A stretch of DNA of 63,946 nt, counting the filler, from Octopus bimaculoides (Eukaryota), in assembly GCF_001194135.2 (NCBI RefSeq). It is 5 parts of 3 records of this genome, joined end to end, with 100 filler letters (N's around TTAATTAATTAA, not from the genome) between each part and the next. Parts side by side here need not be neighbours in the genome. Positions count along the whole stretch, not along the records: positions 1 to 30,487 come from NC_068987.1; positions 30,588 to 51,015 come from NC_068985.1; 3 more parts are not named here. One strand, written 5' to 3'. The position numbers and the translations under genes were made by a program. Below are positions 23,501 to 36,570 of this stretch, one piece after another (the first letter of the stretch is position 1; every line of letters starts with the position of its first letter). The notes below the pieces were generated by a model. The model was not told where the DNA came from, searched no databases, and worked only from the letters and a program-made list of their open reading frames with translations.

Positions 23501-24130
23501 CTGAACAACTGAATTCTCATTGTTGAACTCTGGTAATCCATGACCACCACTGTCACCTCTGCCAACATTCCTCATACCATGTGTCTGGTTTATTTTGTAT
23601 AATTCCAAGCCCCAGTATTGCTAAAATCTTCAACGTTCCTATATAACAACATTATCTTCACATGACTCAGCTGTGTAAATATCTGCCTTCCTCAATAACA
23701 GTACAACCAACCCAGTGTTAAAGTCACTTAATATTTTAGTGTCACTGTATTTGTGTTACTTTTTTAAAAAATTAAGTAGTTACCTTTTGTCTATTTTATC
23801 TAATCAATCACCATATTGGTTATTGGTTTTCCTGCTGTTTTGATTGTGAGTGTATGTTTATGTGTGTAGGCATTTACAGAGCTTTCCAATTTGATATGAA
23901 CAAAATTAACGTATTTTGTATCAAACTGTTTGGTATATTGTATGGCGGTGGAGTACAGGCACAGGTGTAGCTGCGTGGTTAAAAAGCTTACTTCCCAGCC
24001 ATGTGGCCTCAGGTTCACCCTCATTGTGTGGCACCTTGGATAAGTGTGCTCTACTATAGCTCTAGGCTGGCCAAAGCCTTGTAAATGGATTTGGTAGACA
24101 GAAGCTAAAAGAGTCGTCGTGTGTGTGTGT
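20575..24130. mobile_element. Cluster of diverged family-A SINE pieces: + at ~20575-20725, 22258-22560, 22600-22820 and 23945-24130; - at ~21610-21900
   Basis: Each carries the GGTTCAGTCCC/GGCACCTTGGGCAAGTG...CCAAAGCCTTGTGAGTG...GGAAACT head or its complement. Confidence 0.75.
22820..23378. mobile_element. TTAA-flanked (piggyBac-type) MITEs; related pieces at ~15560-15870 and ~18610-18810
   Basis: Ends TAACCCTTT...AAAGGGTTAA. The body at 23160-23378 is the reverse complement of 18610-18810. Confidence 0.65.
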
Positions 24131-25094
24131 ACTCTTGACATTGTGCGATGTCTGTAAATGAGCATCACTGTCATGCAAGCAGTGTTATTTGTTTCTAGTC
24201 TTTTGTGAAAAACATTTGGCCATAGGAAATATTACCTTACTTGGAAACAGGTGAAAGTCGATGGCATGGTCATCTGACAGTAGAAAATGTACCTTGACAT
24301 ATTCCATCTGACACATGCAAGCATAGAAAAGTGGATATTAAATGACGATAATGATGATGATGGTGGTGGTAGTGGTGAAGATGACTAGTGACAACAACAA
24401 CAACTACCATATCACCAAAGACTGGATCTTTAAAATTGCTTATGCTACATTTCCACCAATAACATCTGTTGGTGCACCTTTAATCTTTTAAATGCAATGG
24501 GCCATTTAGGATTAAAAACAAAGTATTAATGATTTAGATATATTTATGCATTCAATTATTGCAATATCAAAATATGAGCAAAGCATGACCGTTTCAACTA
24601 TATATATTATTTGAATATAATTCTGAAACACTATTGATTCTGTTATCACCATTGGCATGTAATACATTCCACCTGCTCTCTGTTTTCTTTTTTAATCTTA
24701 CACTGTGAAAACAAATTGTGTGAGACTTATTTCCTTTAGATTTTACTGGCAAAAGACAGACCAACACAAATTCAATCATTATAATTTTTTTTACTTAACA
24801 CTTTTAATTGAAGTTAATTTAAGTTAACATTTTATTGTTCTGTTCATTAAATATGTTAAAGCTAATGTACCATTTTTTTTTGTTTAATTTTGTTCACTTC
24901 ATGTAGATGTTATCTTTGAATTATTTAATTCCTAAACAGCTTGTTTTCCTAAATGTATTTTGACAAGTTTGGTGTAGGCAATGCTTTACTAATGAAATCA
25001 GAATAACAGTGAAACAGATTTGGAGTGGTTTATTTTATATATTTAAATAATGGAAATAATACTCTAGCTAACTCCATGCATCTTCTTCTGATAT

Positions 25095-26105
25095 TAACCC
25101 TCTTCTGCCTTCCTTTCTAGGTAAGTATGATCTTGCTACTCCTGCCCTTTGGTAGAGTCCTCCATTACTATTGAATTCTTTCCTAGTTCTTCTGTCTAGC
25201 TTTGCTAATTCAGTTTTTGTCCAATTTACAAAAGCTGCTGAGTATCTAAGTAATGATACTGCCTAAGTATTTACAGCCTTCACTAGATCCGGACCATTTA
25301 TCTTTGACTTTATTAGCTTCCTTACCCTTCTTATGTACTCCTTCTCAATTTTTGTTTTCATTTCTATAGTTAGTATTCTATCAGATTCTAATACTCCTAG
25401 ATCCTTATAATTCTCTCCTTCTTTTAATGATTTTAATGTCTGTTCATCTGGTAATTGGATGCCTTCACTGTTGACTACCTGTCCCCTTTTCATGACTAAT
25501 ATTGCACACTTATCCATGCCAAATTCCATGCTTATACAATTGCTGAAGAGTCTTACAATCTGTATGAAGGAATTTGTCTCTTTTTCATTCTTACTGAAAA
25601 GCTTCGGATCATCCATGTAGAGCAAATGGTTAATTTGTCCCTTACTATTTCTGAACTGATATCCTGCCTTTGCCTTCCTTAATACTAATCTAAGTGGGAT
25701 CAAACATATGAAAAATATTAAAGGGGATAACAAGTCTCCTTGGAAAATTTCTCTCTTGATATTAACCTTCCCTAAGACTGTGTCACCTGAGTAGAGATCT
25801 ACTTTCCATTTCTTCATGCTGAAGCTAATTAATTCTCTTATGTTGTCTGCTATACTGAATATACTCAAACATTCACTTATCTATGAATGTGGGATCATGT
25901 CATAGGCTTTCTTATAATCTATCCATGCTTTTGTTAGATCTTTTCTATTCAGCTTTTACTTCATTTAGAACTGCTTTGTCTATGTATAATAAATCATGCG
26001 TTTCTCTCACCTTCTTCCTGCAACTTTTCTGTTCTTCTGGCAGTAAATTCTGGTTGTCAAGGTGCTCGTAAATGCTTTCTGAAAGCATTCCTGTTAAGTT
26101 TCCAC
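25095..26105 (-). mobile_element. R4/Dong-clade LINE reverse transcriptase fragment
   Basis: ORF 25263-25868: VNIKREIFQGDLLSPLIFFICLIPL...INHLLYMDDPKLF...MEFGMDKCA...NYKDLGVLE...KEYIRRVRKL. Confidence 0.92.
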
Positions 26106-26164
26106 ACTAATAATAAGCAATAATAATAGTAATGATAATAATAATAATTATTATTAGTAGTAGT

Positions 26165-26590
26165 AGTAAGGCAGCAAGCTGGCAGAATCATTGGCACATT
26201 GGGCAAAATGCTTTGTGATATTTCTTCTAAACCTTTATGTTCTGTGTTCAGATCTCACCAAAGTCAAATTTGCCTTTCACCCTTTCAGAACCAATAAAAT
26301 AAAGTGCCTGTCATAGCCCCTCTTCTCAAAATTGCTGGCCTTGTGTCAAAATTAAAAAGGATTATTATTATTAATTAATTAATTAATCAAATAAGGTGGA
26401 GAGCTGGCAGAATCATTAGCATATCAGACAAGATACTGCTAGGCATTTGTCCATCTCTGTGTTCTGAGTTCAAATTCATCTTTTCAGGGTTGATTAAAAA
26501 AAGTACCCTTTGAACACTGGAATCAATATAATTGACTAGTTCTCCTCACTTAAGAATTTCAGGTTTTGTGGCTGTTGTAGAAAGGATTAT
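26165..26590 (+). mobile_element. Two tandem family-B SINEs
   Basis: AAGGCAGCAAGCTGGCAGAATC... and AAGGTGGAGAGCTGGCAGAATC...TTCTGAGTTCAAATTC, each ending in AAAAGGATTATT. Confidence 0.8.
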
Positions 26591-26838
26591 TATTATTATT
26601 ATTTTATGTTTGACTTTTGCTTTGCATTTGTACAAGTTGGATCCAAGTCTCACCCAGAGACCTCAAGAGACAACAAGTTAGAAGTTCATGTAGGTGTTAT
26701 GCCTAGGGTACCATATATTTGAATTTGTACAGTGTTCTAGAGAATGTTTTAAAATTTGAGATCACATAGACAGTATTTTACGTAGGATATGGGCAGTTCC
26801 CATGAGCACTATCTTTTGAACTTCAGCCATTTTGGGGT
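26586..26838 (-). mobile_element. R4/Dong LINE extreme 3' end with (AAT)n tail
   Basis: NPKMAEVQKIVLMGTAHILRKILSM*, then a 3'UTR ending ...GCAAAAGTCAAACATAAAATAATAATAAT. Confidence 0.8.
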
Positions 26839-26918
26839 TTCTTCTTCTTCTTCTTCTTCTTCTTCTTCTTCTTCTTCTTCTTCTTCTTCTTCTTCTTCTT
26901 CTTCTTCTTCTTCTTCTT

Positions 26919-26986
<68 letters not shown>

Positions 26987-27007
26987 TACTATTATTATTA
27001 TTATTAT
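26838..27007. repeat. Compound (CTT)n-(ATT)n microsatellite
   Basis: Seen directly; source of the poly-R/S/L ORFs. Confidence 0.98.
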
Positions 27008-29234
27008 AGAACTCACTGATTCTTATGAATAAACAAAGATGACTGAGCTGATAGAGAAGCAGTCAGTCAGTTGATTGCTAAGCAGTTTATACCCTGTTAC
27101 AGGCAGTATATTTTGTCTTTGGACAGAACACCTGAATATTAATTGTCTCAAGTTCAGTGAACTAAATACAAGTAGCACAGAATAAGAAAAGTTCACTGCA
27201 GTAAACAACAGTAGTACCAGTAGCAGTATTGCAGCATTGAGAAGTTTTTCACAGATTCTGCAGTCTTGAATTCATTTCCTCCTACAGGAAAAGCTACATC
27301 CTAGATGAAGGAAGATCTATTTTTGTTCCACTCAATGGCTTGTAAACTAGAAATAAGCACTACATCAATGGAGCAATGAAGATCTGTAAGAAAACATACA
27401 ATATCTATGTAATAATAGCTGGTATAAATGTTGGTTGATTGGTTGGTTTCTCTAGTTATGTATAGAAAGAATGGGGAGGAGAGATACAGAGAGTTAATAT
27501 AAGAGGCGCAGAATAATTGGGGAGAAAGAACCAAAGCAGAGGAAGAGGAGGAATGGGAGAAATTTATTTAAAATTTTATTTTAAGCAAATAAATGTTATT
27601 CTTATGAAAAACTAATATTCATCATTTTGTATAAGCACCAAGAAATTTGATAAAAGTTGAATTAGAATTATTGTATGTAATATATAGTGACAAAAACTTC
27701 CAAAGTTACTTGTCATATGACAGCATTCTAGTTATATGATATTCTTCAGTATCATGATTTTGTAATTACTTGAAACCTTGACATTTCATTATGTAAATAG
27801 AATGGTAAGAAAAGCCACTTAACATTACAAAACTGGAGAAGGATTCATTGTTTCTTTCAATATTTTCTTTCAAATAAGTTTTAATCTTCAACTGGAATAT
27901 TTGAAATTTTAAGTACACAGTTTAAATGGCACCTATCCTTGTGATATGTTCAGAGATGACTATAAAGTAAGGTCATATGTATTGTAATATTCAAATTATG
28001 CTATGAACTGTTGACAGTCCAGAGGGTCTGTTTTTAATCATTGTGGCTTCAGAAATATTATTTCTTTAATATATAGGTTATTGACTCTTTTATAGTCTTT
28101 GACAGAAAATCATAACTTCTTTATTCTAGTACCTTCTGGATTGCTTTTTAACTGATGAGCTATCTTCACGTGATCTTTCCTGTAACAGACAGATGATACT
28201 ATCTATGTAACATTTTATACATATGATAGAGATACACTATTTAGGCTCTAAAACATTTATCAGCATTTTCCATCAGGCAGTTTACAAGTGTGCAAATTCT
28301 TTCATGATTAGAAGCTCATTTTATTGGATACATATAATGTAGAAAAGGGTCCAAAAGGTCATGTATGTTCAGACCCTTTTCCAATTGTATGCATGACAGA
28401 TTCATTTAAGTGAGAGATCCTTTAAGAGCAGGTGTTTTATGAAGATCTCCTTGTTCTTCTTCTTAATGTTCTAACAAAAGACTCTGTCCATATCACCATA
28501 GTTTTGCTGTTATTTACTTCTCATTTCAAATATTCCAGTTCACTGTTTTTAATTTATGATGGACAAACAATTACTGTTGGCAGGAATTCATTTATGTGAG
28601 ATGTTACACATATATATATATTACAGGATCAAACTATATCTTTATAGTTGTTTTAGAGATTCAATGAATGATTGATGTTATTATTGCATATTGTCCAGAC
28701 AGGTGTACATGACTTGGTAATATCACACAGAGTAAATAAGCTTATTTACCATTCATCCTTCTGAAGAAAATGTCCAATGATTCCTGCATGAAGATACTCA
28801 CATATCAGTTTCATGCAATTTAATATTTTTGCTTATTTGTTTTGTATAATATTGCCTCATTATGTATACTGACTTGCATAGTATGCATATTAACATCAAC
28901 AATTTGTCAAATTTTTGAAACAGCTGTAAAGATGTATTTTCATCCTGTAATATATAGTTACATCTCATACAAATGAATTACTGTCACCCTAACTGTTTGC
29001 CCATTTTTTTCTTTATTACGAGCTGAAGCTTTGTATTTCTTATAGCCAACTCTTCTGAAATTACTTTGCTCTGATTAAGAAGTTAGAATTTAAGAATATG
29101 ATCAGTCCAAGCACTAATTCAGTGCTTATCTATTCTACACTTGCCTTAGCATTTTCTTGCCCATATATATTCTACCAATCACTCCTCTTTGTACTTCCAG
29201 CTATCTCTCCCTCTATTCTGAGTGACATCTCATA

Positions 29235-29790
29235 ATTGCTAAAATAACAAGGTCGTGCTTCACCACCTCGTCCTAGGCCTTCTTGGGTCTACCTCTTCCA
29301 CATGTTCTCTCCACTGCTAGGGTGTGACACTTTTTCACACAGCTGTTTTCATCCGTACCAGCACAGTCGTCTATCTTGCACACCACATCTGATGCTTCTT
29401 ATGTCCAACTTTTCTCTCAGGGCGCTTACACTCTGTCGTGTATGCATACTGACATTACACATCCAGCAGAGCATATTAGCTTCATTCCTTGCAAGCTTAT
29501 GCTTGTCCTCAGCAGTCACGGACCATGTTTCACTGCCATGTAGCATGGCTGTTCACACACATGCGTCATACAGTCTACCTTTTACTGTGAACTTTGCCCA
29601 GGCTATTCTTATTCCAGTAGCTACACTCCCAGGGCATCCACCCCTACTACTGACTTGGTTACCTAGGTAATGGAAGCTATCAACTACTTTTAGTTTTTCC
29701 CCCCGTGGCATGTGATGGAAGCTGTTTTCTGCACATTTTCAGTGTTTATTGCCCCCGAGTATTTGCTACACACAAAAGCTTTCGGATCTA
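29235..29790 (-). mobile_element. RTE fragment of the same family as 6695-7890, with internal deletions
   Basis: MLHGSETWSVTAEDKHKLARNEANMLCWMCNVSMHTRQSVSALREKLDIRSIRCGVQ. Confidence 0.88.
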
Positions 29791-30203
29791 TTCAATCTCA
29801 GTCACAGACTTTTTAATTAATTTTTTTTTTAACTAAACAGTTTGAAACTTTGGATATTGGTTGAATGTGTCACAGAACACTGTTTACTCTTAACATTTTT
29901 GGCAAAATTTTGTAGTTTAGAAGTTATTTTGTGTTAAAGTCGTCGTATTTGGGTAATTTTAACCAATCAATGACATGGCTGAAGAAAATTACTGCTGATT
30001 GTGAAAGTAATGGAAGAGCAACATCTTCCAGGTCATCGGGCCATCTGTTTTGGACGCTGCATACATATATGTACGCAAATACACAGACACATGTATGCAT
30101 ATATACAAACACACACACACACACTCATACATCAATTCATACACACGTCCATCACACACACACGTGTCCATCACACACACACGTGTCCATCACACACATA
30201 CAC

Positions 30204-30238
<35 letters not shown>

Positions 30239-30294
30239 TTCATATGTAAAGCTGATAAAATCCCAAATGGAAGAAAGGAAAAGGAGAGGGTTTA

Positions 30295-30487
30295 ATACTC
30301 TTTTACTTGTTTCAGTCATTTGACTGTGGCCATGCTGGAGCACCGCCTTTAGTCTAGCAAATCGACCCCAGGACTTATTCTTTGGAAGCCTAGTACTTAT
30401 TCTATCGGTCTCTTTTGCCAAACCGCTAATTTACGGGGACGTAAACACACCACCATTGGTTGTCAAGCGATGTTGGGAGGGACAAAC
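30295..30487 (-). mobile_element. SINE family A, 3' half, cut by the end of the assembly piece
   Basis: Nearly identical to 3520-3700. Confidence 0.9.
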
Positions 30488-30587
30488 NNNNNNNNNNNNN
30501 NNNNNNNNNNNNNNNNNNNNNNNNNNNNNNNTTAATTAATTAANNNNNNNNNNNNNNNNNNNNNNNNNNNNNNNNNNNNNNNNNNNN
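30488..30587. other. Artificial scaffold join (44 N + TTAATTAATTAA + 44 N)
   Basis: Linker at 30532-30543 has stops in all six frames; four identical 100-bp spacers occur in the window. Confidence 0.95.
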
Positions 30588-30748
30588 GACAAACAAACAC
30601 ACACACAGGCACATATATATATATACATATATATAAATATATATATACACACACATACACATCAATCGATCCACCTATCCCTACGTACATACAGACATGT
30701 ACACACACACACACACACACACAGGCACAGACACACACAGAGACACAG

Positions 30749-30793
<45 letters not shown>

Positions 30794-32163
30794 AATATAT
30801 GTGTGTGTTATTTATAGAATCAAAAGAAAAGATAAATAAATCCTTCTGAATATGACATATTTTAGTCAGTCATTCGTCCATTGAGTTTCCATATCAGCAA
30901 GACAGAATAAAGAAAAGCAAAAAAGAAACCAAAAAAACCCCCACAAAACTAGAAAGAAAAAAAGCAAACAAAAAACAACAACAACCAAAACAAACAAAAA
31001 GACTGAAACCTCAACACAAAAGAAACGAATTAAAGGAAAGAAATGAAACGTTTTAGTCATCTCTTCATTTCTATGACTGCAGTGGGATATTTTTAGAATA
31101 CCTGATTGTTAAAAGTTTAATCTTTATATGGAATCTATTTTCGTTAGCATAATATTTTTTAATGGTGCAATTATTCTGATTGCTGTTTTCGGCGCCATTT
31201 CTACTATTCATATTCGAGTTACAAGTACAGTTGTTGCATTTTGTTGATTTTATTTTTATGGCATTTTTATTTTTATCTTTTAAAACTTTTTTTTTTTTAT
31301 AGATATGGTGGGTGGTTACTTTGTTATTTCAGTTTTATAGATCTGAATGTTATTATATTTATGCATACATACATACATACATACATACATACATACATAC
31401 ATACATACACACACACNNNNNNNNNNNNNNNNNNNNNNNNNNNNNNNNNNNNNNNNNNNNNNNNNNNNNNNNNNNNNNNNNNNNNNNNNNNNNNNNNNNN
31501 NNNNNNNNNNNNNNNNNNNNNNNNNNNNNNNNNNNNNNNNNNNNNNNNNNNNNNNNNNNNNNNNNNNNNNNNNNNNNNNNNNNNNNNNNNNNNNNNNNNN
31601 NNNNNNNNNNNNNNNNNNNNNNNNNNNNNNNNNNNNNNNNNNNNNNNNNNNNNNNNNNNNNNNNNNNNNNNNNNNNNNNNNNNNNNNNNNNNNNNNNNNN
31701 NNNNNNNNNNNNNNNNNNNNNNNNNNNNNNNNNNNNNNNNNNNNNNNNNNNNNNNNNNNNNNNNNNNNNNNNNNNNNNNNNNNNNNNNNNNNNNNNNNNN
31801 NNNNNNNNNNNNNNNNNNNNNNNNNNNNNNNNNNNNNNNNNNNNNNNNNNNNNNNNNNNNNNNNNNNNNNNNNNNNNNNNNNNNNNNNNNNNNNNNNNNN
31901 NNNNNNNNNNNNNNNNNNNNNNNNNNNNNNNNNNNNNNNNNNNNNNNNNNNNNNNNNNNNNNNNNNNNNNNNNNNNNNNNNNNNNNNNNNNNNNNNNNNN
32001 NNNNNNNNNNNNNNNNNNNNNNNNNNNNNNNNNNNNNNNNNNNNNNNNNNNNNNNNNNNNNNNNNNNNNNNNNNNNNNNNNNNNNNNNNNNNNNNNNNNN
32101 NNNNNNNNNNNNNNNNNNNNNNNNNNNNNNNNNNNNNNNNNNNNNTATATACATACACACATA

Positions 32164-32194
<31 letters not shown>

Positions 32195-32704
32195 GTGTGT
32201 ATGTGTGCGTGTATATATATATATGTATATATACCTGCAGTGTTTTCATTCTGTGCCGAAAGTCACGTGTCAATTATGAATTACTGGTTCTTCTCATTTT
32301 GGGAAGAGAACGAAGGGAGAGATTTAGATGTGCTGAATAAGATGAATAAAAGGAAAGAGAATGTTAAGGCGAAGAACATTTAATGAAAGAGATAAATAGC
32401 TTAGCGTCAGACTGACAGGGTGGTGGGTAGAGAAAACCAGTAAACAAGACAACAAGACAGGTAGAAAATGGAGCATTCTTTGAAGCTGAACGCTGAAAAC
32501 GACAGCCTGTCATCTACTCTCTCTGTCTCCTCATCTTTTTTATTTTTCTATACCTCCTTTATTTTCCACTTGCTGTTCATGTATACATGCATACAAATTC
32601 CACACACTCACATATGTGTATATGTGTACATATATACACACTCGTACATACACACATAGCGAGCTGGATATAGATATAAATACATATGTGAATGCGTATG
32701 TATA

Positions 32705-32887
32705 CACAGGAGTGGCTGTGCGGTAAGTAGCTCGCTTACCAACCACATGGCTCCGGGTTCAGTCCCATTGCGTGGCACCTTGGGCAAGTGTCTTCTACTA
32801 TAGCCTCGGACCGACCAAAGCCGTGTGAGTGAATTTGGCAGACGGAAACTGAAAGAAACCCGTCGTGTATACACACACACACACACG

Positions 32888-32918
<31 letters not shown>

Positions 32919-32975
32919 TCGCCATGATAGATNNNNNNNNNNNNNNNNNNNNNNNNNNNNNNNNNNNNNNNNNNN

Positions 32976-33023
<48 letters not shown>

Positions 33024-33430
33024 GAAGAAGAAGAAGAAACTAAGGAAAATAATTCTTTCAAAGGAATGTGTAGAACATCCAATTCACTGGTACGTCAGTT
33101 GAATACCACATAGATATGGGTATAATTCAAATAACAAACAATAAATTAAATAGAGAGATTCATTTGACAATCCAATAATTGATTTATATTATAATATAAC
33201 ATAATATACTAAAACTATAATATAATATAACATAAACAATTATCATTGTATATGGTATATCATTTTGGTGTGTTTACGTACCCGTAACTTAGCGGATTCA
33301 GCAAAAGTGACCGATAGAATAAATCCTACGCCTATGAAGAATAAGTCCTGAGGTCGATTTGTTCGACTAAAGGTGGTGCTCTAGCATGGCCGCAATCAAA
33401 TGGCTAAAACAAGGAAAAGTAGAAAAGAAT
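32705..33430 (+). mobile_element. Family-A SINE head (~32705-32870) and a separate 3' part (~33260-33430)
   Basis: GGAGTGGCTGTGCGGTAAG...GGTTCAGTCCC, and GGTGTGTTTACGTACCCGTAACTTAGCGG...GGTGGTGCTCTAGCATGGCC. Confidence 0.85.
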
Positions 33431-34139
33431 ACTCATACGCGCACACGCACACAAGCCTTCGCATTTATATACATATGTGTATTTGTGTGCAGCTGAATGA
33501 GGTGAGTTCAATAAATAGTCTGACTGTAGCTTAGTCAGAAACTACAATGGGAGCGGACATTTTAGCCCAACTCATGGTTTGGTGTTGCCTACGCTTTTAT
33601 TAGATGTATGTCTCTTCCTTGTTAAACACAATACAGACTTACAAATTTGCCTGATAAACAGGTATATGATTCGACAGACCACCGAAGCAACAAAAGAACT
33701 TATATTTCTCGATTGGCATGCATATGTAATTTGATTTTGTCGTTCAGTCATTGTTAGGTTGCTCTGGGTTGAGCAATCTGCAATGGTGAACAATGCATCA
33801 AGTAGAAACGCGACATGTGTTGAAAATTTAGACATTTAAAAAACTGATAATATTTTAGAAGTTTATTTTTTTCTCTGCATGTTGCAAGTTTAATACAATG
33901 CATTTCAAAATGCTGCGACGCATTGGGAACATTTTCTATAATTCAATTAGCTTCAAAAATGTCCACCTGAATATATATCCTTGATCAGATGAAATTTAAG
34001 ACTATATATTTTCAATATCTGTCCGTATATATGTATTTTCACAGAACAATTTTCTGCTTATATTATACACTCTCAAATTCGTTCATCTACCTAATGAAAT
34101 AATCTGCAATAACAGCCTGATACATTGCAACAAAGGACT

Positions 34140-34460
34140 AAGGATTGCAACGTCTGCTACCTCTCCAATCTCAGTATCAATGACACTGTCTCTTAAAATA
34201 TATGCGGATCTTGTATCAAACTCTTTTGCTAAAAACTTCGCAACTTAATAACATAATTTGAATAAAATGACTATGTTTCACAGTCGTGAAAGACATATCT
34301 GTTTTGTTTCCGAGATAGTTTAGTTTTAATGCATTTAATAGACAGATGTAGTGGTTTTCCCCAAACAGGAGAAGATTCTGAATTTCATTTACAGTATCAT
34401 CGTCCATATTTGCTTCTCACTTTAACATTCACCAATATATTTGAAAGGAGATAAGATTTT
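34140..34460 (-). mobile_element. Highly degenerate RTE-like RT-thumb fragment
   Basis: FKYIG...EANMDDDTVNEIQN resembles FKYLG...DANIDDEVNNRI. Confidence 0.45.
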
Positions 34461-35171
34461 CAATGTTTGGTCATATAACGTTATTTTATGTTCCACACGA
34501 GGTATACAAAAGCTGAGCAGACAAAAAATAAATAAATGGATTATCAGGATTTGAGAAACCTACAAAGACACATTACATTGCCTATATATTTACACTAGTT
34601 TCAACGAACTTTTAATAGCGTGCAACAATACCACAGACATCAGATTTCTTCGACTATAAAGGATTCTTATGAAAACCCCACTCCCAAAAATAATTAAATA
34701 AATAAATAAATAAATAAAAGGAAGTGATTTAGATTCAAACCGATTGAAGTTCATTAATTCGGTCCCCTGTCCCTGCGTCTCCATTTATTTATCTCTCTGT
34801 AACCCACACACACACACATNNNNNNNNNNNNNNNNNNNNNNNNNNNNNNNNNNNNNNNNNNNNNNNNNNNNNNNNNNNNNNNNNNNNNNNNNNNNNNNNN
34901 NNNNNNNNNNNNNNNNNNNNNNNNNNNNNNNNNNNNNNNNNNNNNNNNNNNNNNNNNNNNNNNNNNNNNNNNNNNNNNNNNNNNNNNNNNNNNNNNNNNN
35001 NNNNNNNNNNNNNNNNNNNNNNNNNNNNNNNNNNNNNNNNNNNNNNNNNNNNNNNNNNNNNNNNNTTATAACTTCTCCCTTGGATTTTTTAGATTTTTTT
35101 GTCGTTTCACCGTAGATGGTCTATCTCTAGCATAAAGGATGTCCACTTAGTGGTCATCCCTTCTCATATGC

Positions 35172-35202
<31 letters not shown>

Positions 35203-35914
35203 ATAATGTTAGGGAATTACAAAATCCGAACTTACAAGGAAATACAATTTGATAATATCAAATTGAGATGTACATTGAAAAATATTTTAATAATTTAAAG
35301 AACCACCATGGTGCAACTCGCACGAAGAAGGAGATCAGACACCACCAAGGAAAGTGTGCTATACAAAACTAGTTAAAAAATCTAAAAAATCCAAGGGAGA
35401 AGTTATAATACATAAAATCTATGAAATATTGGACTAAGAATTAAAATCGATTACGTTTAGGAAACGATAGTGGAAGAAAGACTACGCGCGTTACATGGCC
35501 ACATAACAGTGGGAAATATCTGGTCAATCTACAATGAATCGAACAAGATAGATACCACCCAATATGAGGACACTCTTGAGATCTGGTAACTTCAAAAATT
35601 GTATCTTGAATTTAAAAATGCATAAAATAAGAAAAGTATAAGAACCTGTCCGTTTAAGCAACATTTAGTACAAAGGAAATTGTAAAGGTTTTATAATAAA
35701 ACACATCAAATAGCAATAAATATCTGTCAAATTTAAGACATAAAACGTCAATTGGGGAGATAATATCTGTAGATAAAGAAAAGGAAACATATATAGCGAA
35801 AGTGTGAATAGCTAGTAAAGGGGAAAAAGAAAAAAAAAACGTGCAAGAATATAAGGAAAAAAAGCCACATCACTGAACTTAACTAGGAAACTTGGTTGAG
35901 GTTTTTTGCCTTAA

Positions 35915-36570
35915 ATTACCTTAAATTGAAACGGTGTGGGAGAACAGAAGCTTTAAGCTGGACACGAAGCTGAAGATGTACCAAGCATTTGTACTGCCTA
36001 CGCTCATATACGCCTGCTGGATTTGGAATGTTAACAAACGTCACGCTAAAAAGCTTAACCACATGAATTCTCTTAGAAAGCTCCTCAAAATTACTTGCTA
36101 AGACAAGGTCCTCGACACAGAGATCCTCTCTCAAGCTGATCCAGAAGCATTTATATACTGCTGAGGAGAAGGCAAGTCAGATGAGCAGACCACTTTGTTG
36201 GATTACTCATACGTGATTCCCCAACAGTGAATTAGTGGAAAGCAAGGGCAAGAAGGGTGAACAGAAAAAAACTCTTCAAGTACACATTCAAGGACTCGCT
36301 GAAGAGCTCTGTGACCAACCTCGACAAAGATGCACCAAAAGCAGCACCACCTCCTGCGGACACAATAGGATTGCAAGAACACAAAGAAAACGCGAACTTC
36401 GCAATTCCACAGTCAACACTTTGCCTTCAATCTCAGCAAGCAACCAGTGCCCGACCTGCTGCTGAGATTTCCGAGCACGTATCAAACTGATCGGACACAG
36501 CCGGACATACAGTGCTCCGTCTTCTCCTATAATATATATATTAGCATCGTCGACAACGACAGATGAACTA
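35915..36570 (+). mobile_element. RTE (BovB-like) LINE 3' fragment, degenerate
   Basis: RVWENRSFKLDTKLKMYQAFVLPTLIYAC...KRHAKKLNHM...LRKLLKI, and a C-terminal CPTC...FRARIKLIGHSRT zinc-finger-like motif. Confidence 0.85.

Noticed and set aside
26762-27032. Poly-R, poly-S and poly-L ORFs (also poly-D/M at 62118-62479 and poly-I/T/L at 60939-61261)
   Set aside because: Trinucleotide microsatellites; only the Dong C-terminal residues in 26762-26838 are meaningful.
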